Source of the DNA: Candidatus Krumholzibacteriota bacterium
GTDB lineage: Bacteria; Krumholzibacteriota; Krumholzibacteriia; JAJRXK01
Direction: 5' to 3'
Length of the DNA stretch: 64,000 nucleotides
NCBI GenBank assembly: GCA_963764625.1
Contig: CAVXTH010000008.1
Coordinates: 128,001 to 192,000, forward strand
The notes under the pieces are model-generated. The model did no database searches, had not been told where the DNA came from, and saw nothing but the letters and a program-made list of their open reading frames with translations. Positions within the stretch are counted from its first letter, which is position 1. Every line of letters begins with the position of its first letter. Shown here piece after piece: positions 22,279 through 34,019 of the stretch. Position numbers and translations under genes: made by a program.

Positions 22279-23706
22279 TCAGCCACCGTGCCCGAGGAGC
22301 TTCTTCAGGGTCTCCACCAACTTGCCGCGCTCCAAGGAGAACTGTCCGGGGCGCTGCTGCACCCACTCGGTCCGGTCATCCATCGAGTCCGCCGCGCGCG
22401 CGCCTTCCTCGAGATCCTTGATCGTTACCTTTTCTTCCTTCAGCTCATCCTCACCCAGGATGATGGCGTAGGGAATCCGCCAGAACGACGCGTACTTGAG
22501 CTGGTCTCCGAGGCGCGCCTTGGGGTTGAGGTAGATCTCCGCATTGAACCCCGCCTCGCGGAGCTCGCGCACCAGGCCCTGGTAGGTGAGGAGGAGCTTA
22601 CGGTCTATGATGGTGACGAGAACTTCGGTCGCGGTGCCGTCGGGGCTCCTCTTCTCGAGCTGATCGAGCGCGGCCAGCAGCCGGTCGATTCCGATCGAGG
22701 CCCCCACGCCGGGCAACTGTTCTCCACTGAAGCGGGAAACGAGTTCGTCGTAGCGCCCGCCGCCCATGATCGAGCCGTAGTCGGGAAGCTCGTCGAGCGT
22801 GGCCTCGAAGATGGGCCCGGTGTAGTAGTCCATGCCGCGCGCCAGTTTGGGCGAGAAGCGCACCTGGTCCGCGCACCCCATAACCTGGAGGTGCGCCCGC
22901 AATTCGTCGATCTCGCGCAGCGCGGTCTCGGCGCCCTTCGCCGAGGACAAAAAGGCCTTCGACTTGGCCACCAGACCGTCGTCGGTCGCATCTTGCAGCT
23001 GCAGGAAGTTGCTCAGAGCGTCGATCTGCGAATCCGGGAGGCCGAGCCCGGGGATGGGCGCGCCCGATTCCGGATCTGTCCGGCCCGGCCCCAATTCGTC
23101 CCGCACACCCTCGGCGCCAATCTTATCTTCCTTGTCGATGATGCGGATGACGCTGGCGGCGCGGCTTGGCTGAACCTCGGCCAGCCTGAGCGCGGCGTTG
23201 AGCACGCCGCGGTGGTTCCAGCGAATCGTGTGCGCGGGCACCCCCAGCGCACGCAGCACCTGACTCATCGCGCCCAGAATCTCCGCGTCGGCCAGCATGG
23301 AGCGACTTCCCACCGTATCGATGTCGAACTGCAGGAACTCGCGAAACCGCCCGGCGCCCGGTTTGTCCACGCGGAACACGGGACCCACCTGATAGCGCTT
23401 GAAGGGGCGGCGCAGTTCGGGGTGCGAGGCCACGAAACGCGCCAAAGGAACGGTGAGATCGAAGCGCAGGCCCAGCTCCGCGTCTTCCTCTTCGTGTCTC
23501 CAGCTGAAAATGCGCTGGGAGGTTTCGCCCGCCTTGGCGCCGACGAGCACTTCCCTGGTCTCGATGATGGGGGTCTCCAGAGGCTGAAAGCCAAAGAGTT
23601 CGAAAACACCCTGAATGGTCTCGATCATCCGCTGACGGCGCCGAATCGGTGATCCGACGAGATCACGCATCCCCTTGGCGAGTTTGGCTTCGATGCGCTT
23701 GGCCAT
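22279..23706 (-). CDS. hisS: Histidine--tRNA ligase (alphaproteobacterial/eukaryote-like subtype)
   Basis: KGMRD, LRFDLTVPLARF, motif 2 FRVDKPGAGRFREFLQFDID, LARGMDYYTG, GGGRYD, GASIGIDR. Confidence 0.95.
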   Translation of the reverse strand: MAKRIEAKLAKGMRDLVGSPIRRRQRMIETIQGVFELFGFQPLETPIIETREVLVGAKAGETSQRIFSWRHEEEDAELGLRFDLTVPLARFVASHPELRRPFKRYQVGPVFRVDKPGAGRFREFLQFDIDTVGSRSMLADAEILGAMSQVLRALGVPAHTIRWNHRGVLNAALRLAEVQPSRAASVIRIIDKEDKIGAEGVRDELGPGRTDPESGAPIPGLGLPDSQIDALSNFLQLQDATDDGLVAKSKAFLSSAKGAETALREIDELRAHLQVMGCADQVRFSPKLARGMDYYTGPIFEATLDELPDYGSIMGGGRYDELVSRFSGEQLPGVGASIGIDRLLAALDQLEKRSPDGTATEVLVTIIDRKLLLTYQGLVRELREAGFNAEIYLNPKARLGDQLKYASFWRIPYAIILGEDELKEEKVTIKDLEEGARAADSMDDRTEWVQQRPGQFSLERGKLVETLKKLLGHGG

Positions 23707-23747
23707 GAGCTAGAGTCTCGGGCCTTCTGAGGCAGAGGAAGGAGGCA

Positions 23748-23824
23748 TGGTACTGGCGGGTGGATTCGAACCACCGACCCCCAGATCCACAATCTGGTGC
23801 TCTAACCAACTGAGCTACGCCAGC
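23748..23824 (-). tRNA. tRNA-His (GUG) with encoded CCA, G1:U72, A73, no encoded G-1
   Basis: Minus strand GCTGGCG TA GCTC AGTTGGTTA GAGC A CCAGA TT GTG GA TCTGG GGGTC GGTGG TTCGAAT CCACC CGCCAGT A CCA folds as a complete cloverleaf. Confidence 0.97.
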
Positions 23825-23836
23825 ACGCGGGGGTCT

Positions 23837-23866
23837 AAGCTAATCGCGGGCCGTTGGCAGTGTCAA
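23837..23866 (-). promoter_or_regulatory. Sigma70-type promoter for tRNA-His-hisS
   Basis: TTGACA-N18-TAGCTT ending 12 nt before the tRNA 5' end. Confidence 0.65.
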
Positions 23867-24004
23867 GGAAGCCACTGCGGGAAACCCCGCTATTTCGATC
23901 CGAATCGAGGTCTGCGGATTGTCTTGGACCCCCGCAGGGGTCCGACTATCTTCTTGGGCGCAAATCGCTGCTGCTATTTTTCCTTTAACCGGGACGGAAT
24001 CTTC

Positions 24005-25162
24005 ATGTTGACCGCCTTCGTTCCCAGGGAAACACACCCTGGCGAGACCCGGGTGGCGGCGACCCCGGACACCGTGGCACGGCTCATCAAGGCCGGATTC
24101 GCGGTGTCGGTGCAAGCCCAAGCCGGGGAGGGTGCCTATATCAGCGACGACGCCTACCGGAAGGCCGGGGCCACGGTCGTGGCCGACGCGCCCACGGGCT
24201 ATGGGGCCGCCGACTTGGTGCTCAAATATCATCCGCCGCAACCCACCGAAGTGGAGCAGATGAAGCAGGGCACCCTGCTCATCTCCTTCCTCTATCCCAC
24301 CCGCAATCTGGATCTCGTGCGCGCGCTCGCGGCCAAGCAGATGAGCTGTCTGGCCATGGACTGCATGCCGCGGATCACGCGCGCCCAGAAAATGGACGCG
24401 CTCAGCTCGCAGGCCAACATCTCCGGCTACAAGGCCGTGATCATGGCCGCGAACCACCTGCCTAAGATCTTCCCCATGATGACGACCCCGGCCGGCACCA
24501 TCAAACCGGCCCACGTGGTCATCCTGGGAGCGGGGGTGGCGGGCCTGCAGGCGGTCGCCACCGCGAAGCGCCTGGGCGCCATCGTCGAGGTGAGTGACGT
24601 GCGGCCGGCGGTGAAGGAACAGGTCGAAAGCCTGGGCGGCAAGTACATCGAAGTTCCCCCCGACGAGAACGCGGACGCGGTCGAGGACAAGGACGGCTAC
24701 GCGAAAGAGCAGAGCGCCGAATTCCTCGCCCGTCAGCGCGAGCTGGTGAAGGCGCGAATCGAGCAAGCGGACGTGGTCATCACCACCGCCGCCATTCCCG
24801 GCAAGCCGGCCCCCAAGCTGGTCACGGCCGAGATGGTGGAGAACATGCGCGTGGGTTCGGTCGTCGTCGACCTGGCGGTCGAGACCGGCGGAAACTGCGA
24901 ACTGAGCGTTCCCGGGGAGACGGTGGTAAAGCACGGCGTGACTCTGGTGGGAATGAAGAACGTTCCCGGGTTGGTCCCGGTCAACTCCTCGGAAATGTAC
25001 GCCAAGAACATTCTGAACCTCATCACCGACATGACGGATCGCGAGGGGAACTTCCGCGTCGATCTCGAGGATGCCGCCGTCGGCGGATGCACCGTCATCC
25101 ACGAGGGCAAGATCGTCCACTCCGCCACCGCCGAGGCGATGGGCGGGAAGGGAGAACAGTAG
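24005..25162 (+). CDS. pntA: NAD(P) transhydrogenase subunit alpha part 1
   Basis: VPRETHPGETRVAATP, RITRAQKMDALSSQANISGYKAV, ILGAGVAGLQA, AAIPGKPAP. Confidence 0.95.
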   Translation: MLTAFVPRETHPGETRVAATPDTVARLIKAGFAVSVQAQAGEGAYISDDAYRKAGATVVADAPTGYGAADLVLKYHPPQPTEVEQMKQGTLLISFLYPTRNLDLVRALAAKQMSCLAMDCMPRITRAQKMDALSSQANISGYKAVIMAANHLPKIFPMMTTPAGTIKPAHVVILGAGVAGLQAVATAKRLGAIVEVSDVRPAVKEQVESLGGKYIEVPPDENADAVEDKDGYAKEQSAEFLARQRELVKARIEQADVVITTAAIPGKPAPKLVTAEMVENMRVGSVVVDLAVETGGNCELSVPGETVVKHGVTLVGMKNVPGLVPVNSSEMYAKNILNLITDMTDREGNFRVDLEDAAVGGCTVIHEGKIVHSATAEAMGGKGEQ

Positions 25163-25164
25163 CC

Positions 25165-25446
25165 ATGTCACCATTCATGATGGGGCTCACGGTTTTCGTG
25201 CTAGCCATTTTCTTGGGCGTCGAACTCATCACGAAAGTGCCGCCGACCCTACACACTCCGCTCATGTCGGGTGCGAATGCCATTTCCGGCATCACGATCG
25301 TCGGCGCGCTCTACTGCGCGCAAACCGGGCGCGTGAGCACGGCCAACATTCTCGGTTTCGTGGCCATCACCGTGGCCATGATCAACGTGGTGGGTGGCTT
25401 CATGGTCACCGACCGCATGTTGCAGATGTTCAAGAGGAAGGGGTAA
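25165..25446 (+). CDS. pntA: NAD(P) transhydrogenase subunit alpha part 2 (membrane)
   Basis: VPPTLHTPLMSGANAISGI, NVVGGFMVTDRMLQMFK. Confidence 0.95.
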   Translation: MSPFMMGLTVFVLAIFLGVELITKVPPTLHTPLMSGANAISGITIVGALYCAQTGRVSTANILGFVAITVAMINVVGGFMVTDRMLQMFKRKG

Positions 25447-25449
25447 TCG

Positions 25450-26904
25450 ATGTTGAGCAACCTCATTCCTCTGGGATACCTGTTATCCACCGCGTTCTTC
25501 ATCTTCGGGATCAAGCGCCTTTCGAAAGTGCGGACGGCTCGTCACGGAAATCAGCTCGCCGGCTTCGGAATGTTCCTCGCCATCGTGCTGACCGTGCTCG
25601 ACATCAACCTGAAGGCCGGCCAACCCGTCGACTACCGCTACATGATCGCGGGCGTGATTTTGGGAAGCCTGTTGGGGGCCGTCGCGTCGATCCGAGTGCA
25701 GATGACCCAGATGCCCGAGATGGTGGCCGTGTTCAACGGCTTCGGCGGAATGGCCTCGGCCCTGGTCGGACTGAGCGTGGTGTGGCGCGCGGTGCACAGC
25801 ACCATGGCCATGCCCGGTCACACCGGCACTCTGGAGGTTCATCGTATCCTGGGCGGCATGGACGTGGCGGTATCCACCGTCCTCTCCTTGTTGGTCGGTG
25901 CCGTCACTCTGACCGGAAGTCTGGTGGCCTACGCCAAGCTGGCGGGCAAGATGACCGGCAATCCCATCATGGTGCCTGGCAGGCACATCCTGAACGGGGT
26001 TCTCTTTGCCTTCGCGCTGGCGGTCGCGGGCATGCTCGCTTTCGGCAGCTACTCGGGATTCGTCGTTCTCGGTCTCTGCCTCGCCGTGTTGGCCGCCTCG
26101 CTCATCCTGGGGGTCATGGCGGTCATTCCCATCGGTGGCGCGGACATGCCGGTCGTCATCTCGCTGCTCAATTCCTATTCGGGAATCGCGGCGGCCATGA
26201 CCGGATTCGTGCTCCGGAACAACTTGCTCATCGTCTCGGGCTCCTTGGTCGGCGCCTCGGGGATCATCCTCTCGGAGATCATGTGCAAGGCCATGAACCG
26301 CAGCCTCGGCAACGTGCTCGTCGGCGGATTCGGGGGCGACGCCTCGACTGGCAGCAGCGAGGGCTACACGAACATCACGCAGTCCTCGCCGGAAGAGATG
26401 GCGATGATTCTCGAGGATGCCGAATCGGTGGTCTTCGTGCCCGGCTACGGGCTGGCGGTCGCCCAGGCGCAGCACGTCACCAAGGAACTCGCGGGGCTCC
26501 TGGAGAAACACGGCACCAAGGTATCCTATGCCATCCACCCGGTGGCGGGGCGCATGCCCGGACACATGAACGTGCTCCTGGCGGAAGCGGACGTGCCCTA
26601 CGAGCAACTCATCGAGATGGACGACATCAACCCCGAGTTCAAAACCACCGACGTGGCCATCATCTTGGGCGCGAACGACGTGGTGAATCCGGCCGCGATC
26701 AACGATCCCAACAGCCCCATCGCGGGAATGCCGATCCTCAACGTCTACGAGGCTCGCACCGTGTTCATCATCAAGCGTTCGCTGTCGCCCGGGTTCGCGG
26801 GCATCCGCAACGAGCTTTTCGACTACGACAACGCGATCATGGTGTTCGGGGACGCGAAGAAGGTTCTCACCGAAGTCGTCAACGAGGTGAAGGAATCCTT
26901 CTGA
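25450..26904 (+). CDS. pntB: NAD(P) transhydrogenase subunit beta
   Basis: MTQMPEMVA, IGGADMPVVISLLNSYSG, IHPVAGRMPGHMNVLLAEA, GANDVVNPAA. Confidence 0.97.
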   Translation: MLSNLIPLGYLLSTAFFIFGIKRLSKVRTARHGNQLAGFGMFLAIVLTVLDINLKAGQPVDYRYMIAGVILGSLLGAVASIRVQMTQMPEMVAVFNGFGGMASALVGLSVVWRAVHSTMAMPGHTGTLEVHRILGGMDVAVSTVLSLLVGAVTLTGSLVAYAKLAGKMTGNPIMVPGRHILNGVLFAFALAVAGMLAFGSYSGFVVLGLCLAVLAASLILGVMAVIPIGGADMPVVISLLNSYSGIAAAMTGFVLRNNLLIVSGSLVGASGIILSEIMCKAMNRSLGNVLVGGFGGDASTGSSEGYTNITQSSPEEMAMILEDAESVVFVPGYGLAVAQAQHVTKELAGLLEKHGTKVSYAIHPVAGRMPGHMNVLLAEADVPYEQLIEMDDINPEFKTTDVAIILGANDVVNPAAINDPNSPIAGMPILNVYEARTVFIIKRSLSPGFAGIRNELFDYDNAIMVFGDAKKVLTEVVNEVKESF

Positions 26905-26952
26905 GATCAGACCGGATCAAAGGCGGCTGAGAGTTTCGCCGTCGATGGAATG

Positions 26953-26983
26953 AACGCCCTCCGGCTCTGGCGGGGGGCGTTTT
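26953..26983 (+). terminator. Intrinsic terminator after pntB
   Basis: AACGCCCTCC...GGGGGGCGTT stem followed by a T run. Confidence 0.6.
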
Positions 26984-28221
26984 CATTCGGGCTCGACCCA
27001 ATACAGCCGGTGCACGACCACCGGTTCGGCCAGGACCCTGAGGGTAGGACTCAGCTCGGTGATGTCCACCAGGCGCCCCGATTCGGTCTGAACCCGCAGC
27101 CCTTTGCGCCCCTCCTCAGGAGAGTAGGGACGATAGGGAACGTCGGCCGCGCGATCGACCCACACCGCGCAGCTCGGATCCAGGCCGTCCGTCGTCGCGC
27201 GTTCCTTCTGGCGCTCGAACTCGTCCTTTAGCGCCTCGCTGCCCCGGTCGGAGGAGAGGGCGCGCAGCGGTCGGCGGAAGCGCAGGGCCCTGGCCAGCGC
27301 CCGCACCGTCGCATCCTCGTGGTTCACCAGAGCATCCAGGTCGACGAGAAAGTGCGCGTCGGTCAGGGTGAGATAGCGCTGAAGCGAAATCGTTTTCTCG
27401 TGCAGGATATGCATCACCCGGCACTCGGCGGGCGTGGCGTCGGGCCCCAGGAGTTGCAAGCGCCGACACAGCCCGCGGAACGCGGTCTCGAACCCGCGCC
27501 CGGTCTTGTGCAGATAGACGTTCTGGAACATGTGGTAGCGCCCGATGAGATACTGCTCGACCGCGCTCCGTCCCTGCTCCACCACCAAAACCGCCTTGCG
27601 GTCGCGGCTGGGCACCATGGCCCGGATCAACCAATCGCGGTCGATCGAACCGTAGTGCGTGCCGGTGTGCAGGGAATCGCGCCGAAGGTAATCCATCCGG
27701 TCACAGTCGAGCGCGCTGGATACGAGATCGCACAACCAGATGAACCCACTCTCTTGAACCGCACCGCAGAGCAGTTGGTGCACGCGGTCCTTGGTTCCCG
27801 GGAGAATCTCCTCGAGCCGCGCGGGCACGCTGGGCCCCTGGGTCACCAGCTCGCGGGTCCATTCTTCGTGTTTGCGCTGGACGACGGCTTCGAAGGTGTG
27901 GCTGAAGGGGCCGTGCCCCAGGTCGTGCAGCAGACAGGCCAGCGCGGTGGCGATGAACCATTCCGGAGGGATTTCGGCGCCGGCCGCAAGCAACTGGCGC
28001 ATCGTGCGCTGGCAGCCCTGGAAGGCCCCGAGACTGTGCGCAAAGCGCGTATGGGTGGCGCCGGGATAGACCAGTTCGGTGAACCCGAGTTGTTTTACCT
28101 GGCGCAGGCGCTGCAGTTCGGGGCTGTCGATCAGTTCTCGCACCGCCCCGGCCGGAACTCCGGGAAGACGGTCCAGGTCGATGAGCCCCTCGACCGGGTC
28201 CTTGATCTTGGTCGTGGCCAT
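26983..28221 (-). CDS. HD-domain phosphohydrolase (YwfO/SAMHD1-like dNTPase family)
   Basis: QRLRQVKQLG, HTRFAHSLG, LLHDLGHGPFSH, DCDRMDYLRRD, VYLHK. Confidence 0.9.
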   Translation of the reverse strand: MATTKIKDPVEGLIDLDRLPGVPAGAVRELIDSPELQRLRQVKQLGFTELVYPGATHTRFAHSLGAFQGCQRTMRQLLAAGAEIPPEWFIATALACLLHDLGHGPFSHTFEAVVQRKHEEWTRELVTQGPSVPARLEEILPGTKDRVHQLLCGAVQESGFIWLCDLVSSALDCDRMDYLRRDSLHTGTHYGSIDRDWLIRAMVPSRDRKAVLVVEQGRSAVEQYLIGRYHMFQNVYLHKTGRGFETAFRGLCRRLQLLGPDATPAECRVMHILHEKTISLQRYLTLTDAHFLVDLDALVNHEDATVRALARALRFRRPLRALSSDRGSEALKDEFERQKERATTDGLDPSCAVWVDRAADVPYRPYSPEEGRKGLRVQTESGRLVDITELSPTLRVLAEPVVVHRLYWVEPE

Positions 28222-28313
28222 TCTTCCCCCCCTTTTAGCCGGGTGGAGACTAGCGCCTTGGGGTGGGCGGAGGCTACCGTGGATGCGAAGATCTCTGCTA
28301 GAGTACAGCCGCC

Positions 28314-29213
28314 ATGAACCCCTCCGGCTCCGTGAGCATCACCCAAGTCTCTGAGCTTCTCGCTCTGACCGAGTCCGATCGGCGCTGGGGATGTGAGATC
28401 CTGGATCTCCGCTCCGGGGGGCGCGCCGCCTCCTGCCATCTGCCGGGCAGCGCCTCCTTGCCCCTGGGCCCCGGGCAGGATTTCGCCTCCGCTCTGCCGG
28501 CCCACATGCTCGCCCCGGCGGGCTCCTCCCTGATCGTCCTGGACGAGACGGCGGCGCGGGCGCGCGCGGCGGCCGAGCACCTGGCGGGTCGAGGCTATCG
28601 GGCCCGGTGGTTCGCCGGAGAGCTCGAGGGGCTCCCCTGGCAGCCCGGCCCCAGTTCAGGGGCGCTTTGGAGCCCCGACCCCTTTCTGGCCGACCACCTC
28701 TCGCTCCTCCCCGAGCCGGTCGAGGGCCGGGTGGCCGATTGGGGCGCGGGAAACGGACGCAATGCGGTCTTTCTGGCCTCCCAGGGCTATCGGGTCCACT
28801 GCTATGACCGCCTGCCGGACACCCTGGCCCTGGCCCGGGACCGCGCCCGGCGCCATGGGCTGAAAGAATTCGTCACGACACATCAAGAAATGTTGGGACA
28901 TGACTCCAAGTTCCACGAGGCGCCCTTCGCGGCGATCCTGATGATCCGATTCCATGAAAAATCTTTGATGGAAGGGCTGCGGGCGTGGCTGCGGCCGGGG
29001 GGAGTGGTGCTCGTGCATACCTATGCGCAGGCACCCCGTCTCGAGGAGGGAGTCCGGGGGCCCCGGCGGGCCCGGTATCACCTCACTGTGAAGGAGGCGG
29101 AGCGCCTGTTCCCCGCGAGGGAGTGGACCTTCCTGGAGCGCTCGGGCGCCTTGGAGCGGCCGGACGAGCCCATGATCGCCTTCGTGGCGCGCCCGCGCGG
29201 CTCGGAAGGCTAG
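28314..29213 (+). CDS. Rhodanese-like + class I SAM methyltransferase (TehB-like) fusion
   Basis: ILDLR...HLPGS rhodanese signature; ADWGAGNGRNAVFLA SAM-binding motif; LRPGG. Confidence 0.65.
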   Translation: MNPSGSVSITQVSELLALTESDRRWGCEILDLRSGGRAASCHLPGSASLPLGPGQDFASALPAHMLAPAGSSLIVLDETAARARAAAEHLAGRGYRARWFAGELEGLPWQPGPSSGALWSPDPFLADHLSLLPEPVEGRVADWGAGNGRNAVFLASQGYRVHCYDRLPDTLALARDRARRHGLKEFVTTHQEMLGHDSKFHEAPFAAILMIRFHEKSLMEGLRAWLRPGGVVLVHTYAQAPRLEEGVRGPRRARYHLTVKEAERLFPAREWTFLERSGALERPDEPMIAFVARPRGSEG

Positions 29214-29219
29214 GGCCGT

Positions 29220-31697
29220 CTAGCTCTCGTCGGCCTCGTCTTCGTCGTTCTCCAGCTCCGAACTCGTGGCGACCGGCGCCACCGTCGCCACCGCGTCCTC
29301 TTCGTCCAGATTGATGAGGCGTACGCCCTGGGTGTTGCGTCCCATGCTGGAGATGCTGTCCATCGCCATCTTGATCACGATTCCGTTGCGGGTGATCACC
29401 ATGAGACTCTCTTCCTCCCGCGCGAGCTGCACGCCGACCAAAGGACCGTTGCGGCGGGTGATGTTCATCGTGATGATTCCCTTTCCGCCCCGGCCCTGCG
29501 GCCGGTACTCGTCCAACGGCGTCCTCTTTCCGTAACCGTTCTCGGTCACCGAGAGCACGCTCACCTCCTCGGCGGGATCGGTCACGATCATTCCCACCAC
29601 GCGATCGTCCCCGGAGGAGAGCTCGATGCCCTTCACGCCGCGAGCCGTGCGCCCCATGGGCCGCACGTCGTTCTCGTCGAAGCGGATCGACTTCCCCGAC
29701 CTGAGGGCCAGAATGACGTGATTCGTCCCGTCGGTGAGGGCCGCATCCATGAGGCGGTCCCCCTCGACGATGTCGATGGCGCGGATGCCCGAACGGCGGA
29801 TGTTGGAGAACTGATCGAGGGAGGTCCGTTTCACCAGACCCGCCTCGGTCACGAAGAGCACATAGTGGTCTTCGTCGAATTCACCCGGCACCGGTACGAT
29901 GGCACGCACGATCTCGTCTTTTTCCAGGAGTAGCAGATTGACGATCGCCTTCCCCTTGGCGGCGCGTCCGGCCTGGGGAATCTGGTGCACTTTCAACCAG
30001 TGGCAGCGGCCGCTGCTGGTGAACACGAGAAGGTACTGGTGGGTGTTGGCCACGAAGAGATGCTCGACCCAGTCCTCGTCCTTGAGGGTCGCTCCCGTCA
30101 CGCCGCGGCCGCCGCGACCCTGCAACCGATAGGTGTCCACCGGAAGCCTCTTGACGTACTGGCCGTGGCTGATCGTCACGACCATGTCTTCCTCCGGAAT
30201 GAGATCCTCGAGAGAAAGGTCTCCCTCGACGTCGACGATCTCGGTGCGCCTCTCGTCTCCGAATTTCTCCCGCAGATCCAGGAGCTCGTCCTTGATGATC
30301 GAGAGCTGCATGCTCCGGCTGGCGAGAATGCTGCGCAGCCGTTCGATTTCTTGAATGAGCTCGAAATACTCCTTCTCGATCTTGTCGCGCTCGAGCCCGG
30401 TCAATCTCTGCAGGCGCAGATCCAGAATGGCCTGGGCTTGGATCTCGCTCAGCTCGAATCGCTCCATGAGACGGTTGCGCGCGGTAGAGGGGTCCGGGCT
30501 CTTCTTGATGAGTTCGACCACTTCGTCGATGTTCTCCAGGGCGATCCGATAGCCTTCGAGAATGTGCGCGCGCGCCTCCGCTTTCCGTAGCTCGAACTCG
30601 GTGCGGCGCACCACGACCTCTTCGCGAAACTTCAGATACTCCACCATCATGTCTTTGAGGCTCAGAAGTCTCGGCTGCGTGCCGACCAGGGCGATGTTGT
30701 TGACGCCGAAGGTGGACTGCATGTTCGTGTGCTTGAAGAGCTGGTTCAGCACGACTTCGCGGTGCGCATCTTTCTTGAGCTGAATGACGATACGCATTCC
30801 CTTGCGATCGCTCTCGTCGGCCAGATCGGCGATTCCCTCGATGAGCCCGCCGCGCACGTGCTGCGCGATCTTCTGGATCAACTCCGACTTGTTCACGAAG
30901 TAGGGAATCTCGGTGACGATGATGGCTTCGCGTCCGTTCTTGAGTTCCTCGGTCTCGCACCGCGCGCGCATCACGATGCGCCCGCGGCCGGTCGCGATGT
31001 AATCGACGATTCCCTGGCGGCCGTGGATGATTCCGCCGGTGGGAAAATCGGGTCCCTTGACGAACTCCAAGAGCTCGATGTCATCCAGCTCGGGATCCTC
31101 GAGCAGAGCCCCGAGACCGTCGATGATCTCCCGCAGGTTGTGGGGCGGGCAGTTGGTCGCCATGCCGACCGCGATCCCGGTGCTTCCGTTCACCAGGAGA
31201 TTGGGAATGGCGCTGGGAAGAACCGAGGGCATTTCCCGCGAGCCATCGTAGTTGGGAACGAAGTCGACGGTTTCCTTGTCGAGGTCGCGCAGGATTTCCA
31301 TGGCGAAGGGGGCGAGCCGCGCCTCGGTGTATCGTTCGGCGGCGGGGCTGTCGCCGTCGACCGAACCGAAGTTGCCCTGGCCATCCACCAGCGGATATCT
31401 CAGGGAAAAGTCTTGCGCCATGCGCACCAGGGTGTCGTAGACGGCGGCCGTACCGTGGGGGTGATAGTTACCCGTGGTGTCACCGGTGATCTTCGCGCTC
31501 TTGCGATAGGGCCGGCCCGGCGAGAGGTTGAGATCGTTCATCGCGGTGAGGACCCGGCGATGCACCGGTTTGAGACCATCGCGAACGTCCGGCAGCGCGC
31601 GGGATATGATCACGGACATCGAATAGTCCAGATACGCGGACTTCATTTTGATTTCGATGTTTACCGTCTTGATGCGATCTTGCGATTCTTCCGCCAT
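29220..31697 (-). CDS. gyrA: DNA gyrase subunit A
   Basis: [28 protein letters not shown] active-site Tyr, GyrA-box QGRGGRG. Confidence 0.98.
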   Translation of the reverse strand: MAEESQDRIKTVNIEIKMKSAYLDYSMSVIISRALPDVRDGLKPVHRRVLTAMNDLNLSPGRPYRKSAKITGDTTGNYHPHGTAAVYDTLVRMAQDFSLRYPLVDGQGNFGSVDGDSPAAERYTEARLAPFAMEILRDLDKETVDFVPNYDGSREMPSVLPSAIPNLLVNGSTGIAVGMATNCPPHNLREIIDGLGALLEDPELDDIELLEFVKGPDFPTGGIIHGRQGIVDYIATGRGRIVMRARCETEELKNGREAIIVTEIPYFVNKSELIQKIAQHVRGGLIEGIADLADESDRKGMRIVIQLKKDAHREVVLNQLFKHTNMQSTFGVNNIALVGTQPRLLSLKDMMVEYLKFREEVVVRRTEFELRKAEARAHILEGYRIALENIDEVVELIKKSPDPSTARNRLMERFELSEIQAQAILDLRLQRLTGLERDKIEKEYFELIQEIERLRSILASRSMQLSIIKDELLDLREKFGDERRTEIVDVEGDLSLEDLIPEEDMVVTISHGQYVKRLPVDTYRLQGRGGRGVTGATLKDEDWVEHLFVANTHQYLLVFTSSGRCHWLKVHQIPQAGRAAKGKAIVNLLLLEKDEIVRAIVPVPGEFDEDHYVLFVTEAGLVKRTSLDQFSNIRRSGIRAIDIVEGDRLMDAALTDGTNHVILALRSGKSIRFDENDVRPMGRTARGVKGIELSSGDDRVVGMIVTDPAEEVSVLSVTENGYGKRTPLDEYRPQGRGGKGIITMNITRRNGPLVGVQLAREEESLMVITRNGIVIKMAMDSISSMGRNTQGVRLINLDEEDAVATVAPVATSSELENDEDEADES

Positions 31698-31709
31698 TCT
31701 CTGCTCCTG

Positions 31710-33707
<1,998 letters not shown>

Positions 33708-34019
33708 TCAAAGAGACCTGGGGGACCGACTGGTGTGGAAGCGAACGTCGCGTACGCTTCCGCTTCCAAGTTTCTTCTCGAACTCCTCGCGAATGCGCGG
33801 CACCAACAGGCTCAGCTCTTGCGCCCACGCGCTTCCCTCGGCCCGCACCCAGAGTACTCCATCATTGAGGGCGATGGCCTGGCTGTGTTTCGCAATTTCC
33901 ACTCCCACGATCTCGCCCCACGACGCGAGTACTTCCTGCTGCTGCAAGCCCTCCCGTAGAGGACTCTTCGCCAGGAGCTGCTCGACTGCTTCCTTCAGGC
34001 TGTGAATCCTCGCGCTCAC
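33708..34019 (-). CDS. dciA: DUF721/DciA family helicase loader
   Basis: GTG overlapping the recF stop; WGEIVGVEIAKHS...SAWAQEL; conserved position between recF and gyrB. Confidence 0.8.
   Translation of the reverse strand: MSARIHSLKEAVEQLLAKSPLREGLQQQEVLASWGEIVGVEIAKHSQAIALNDGVLWVRAEGSAWAQELSLLVPRIREEFEKKLGSGSVRDVRFHTSRSPRSL

Noticed and set aside
23700-23830. tRNA-His as an integration site for a mobile element
   Set aside because: There is no integrase, no duplicated tRNA 3' end and no compositional shift nearby.
23747-24004. N-terminal extension of the pntA ORF (MVLAGGFEPPT...)
   Set aside because: It is the antisense reading of tRNA-His plus intergenic DNA; PntA similarity starts at ATG 24005.
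26983-28221. HD protein as an anti-phage dNTPase
   Set aside because: It sits in a housekeeping context with no defence-island genes and matches the widespread YwfO-like type.
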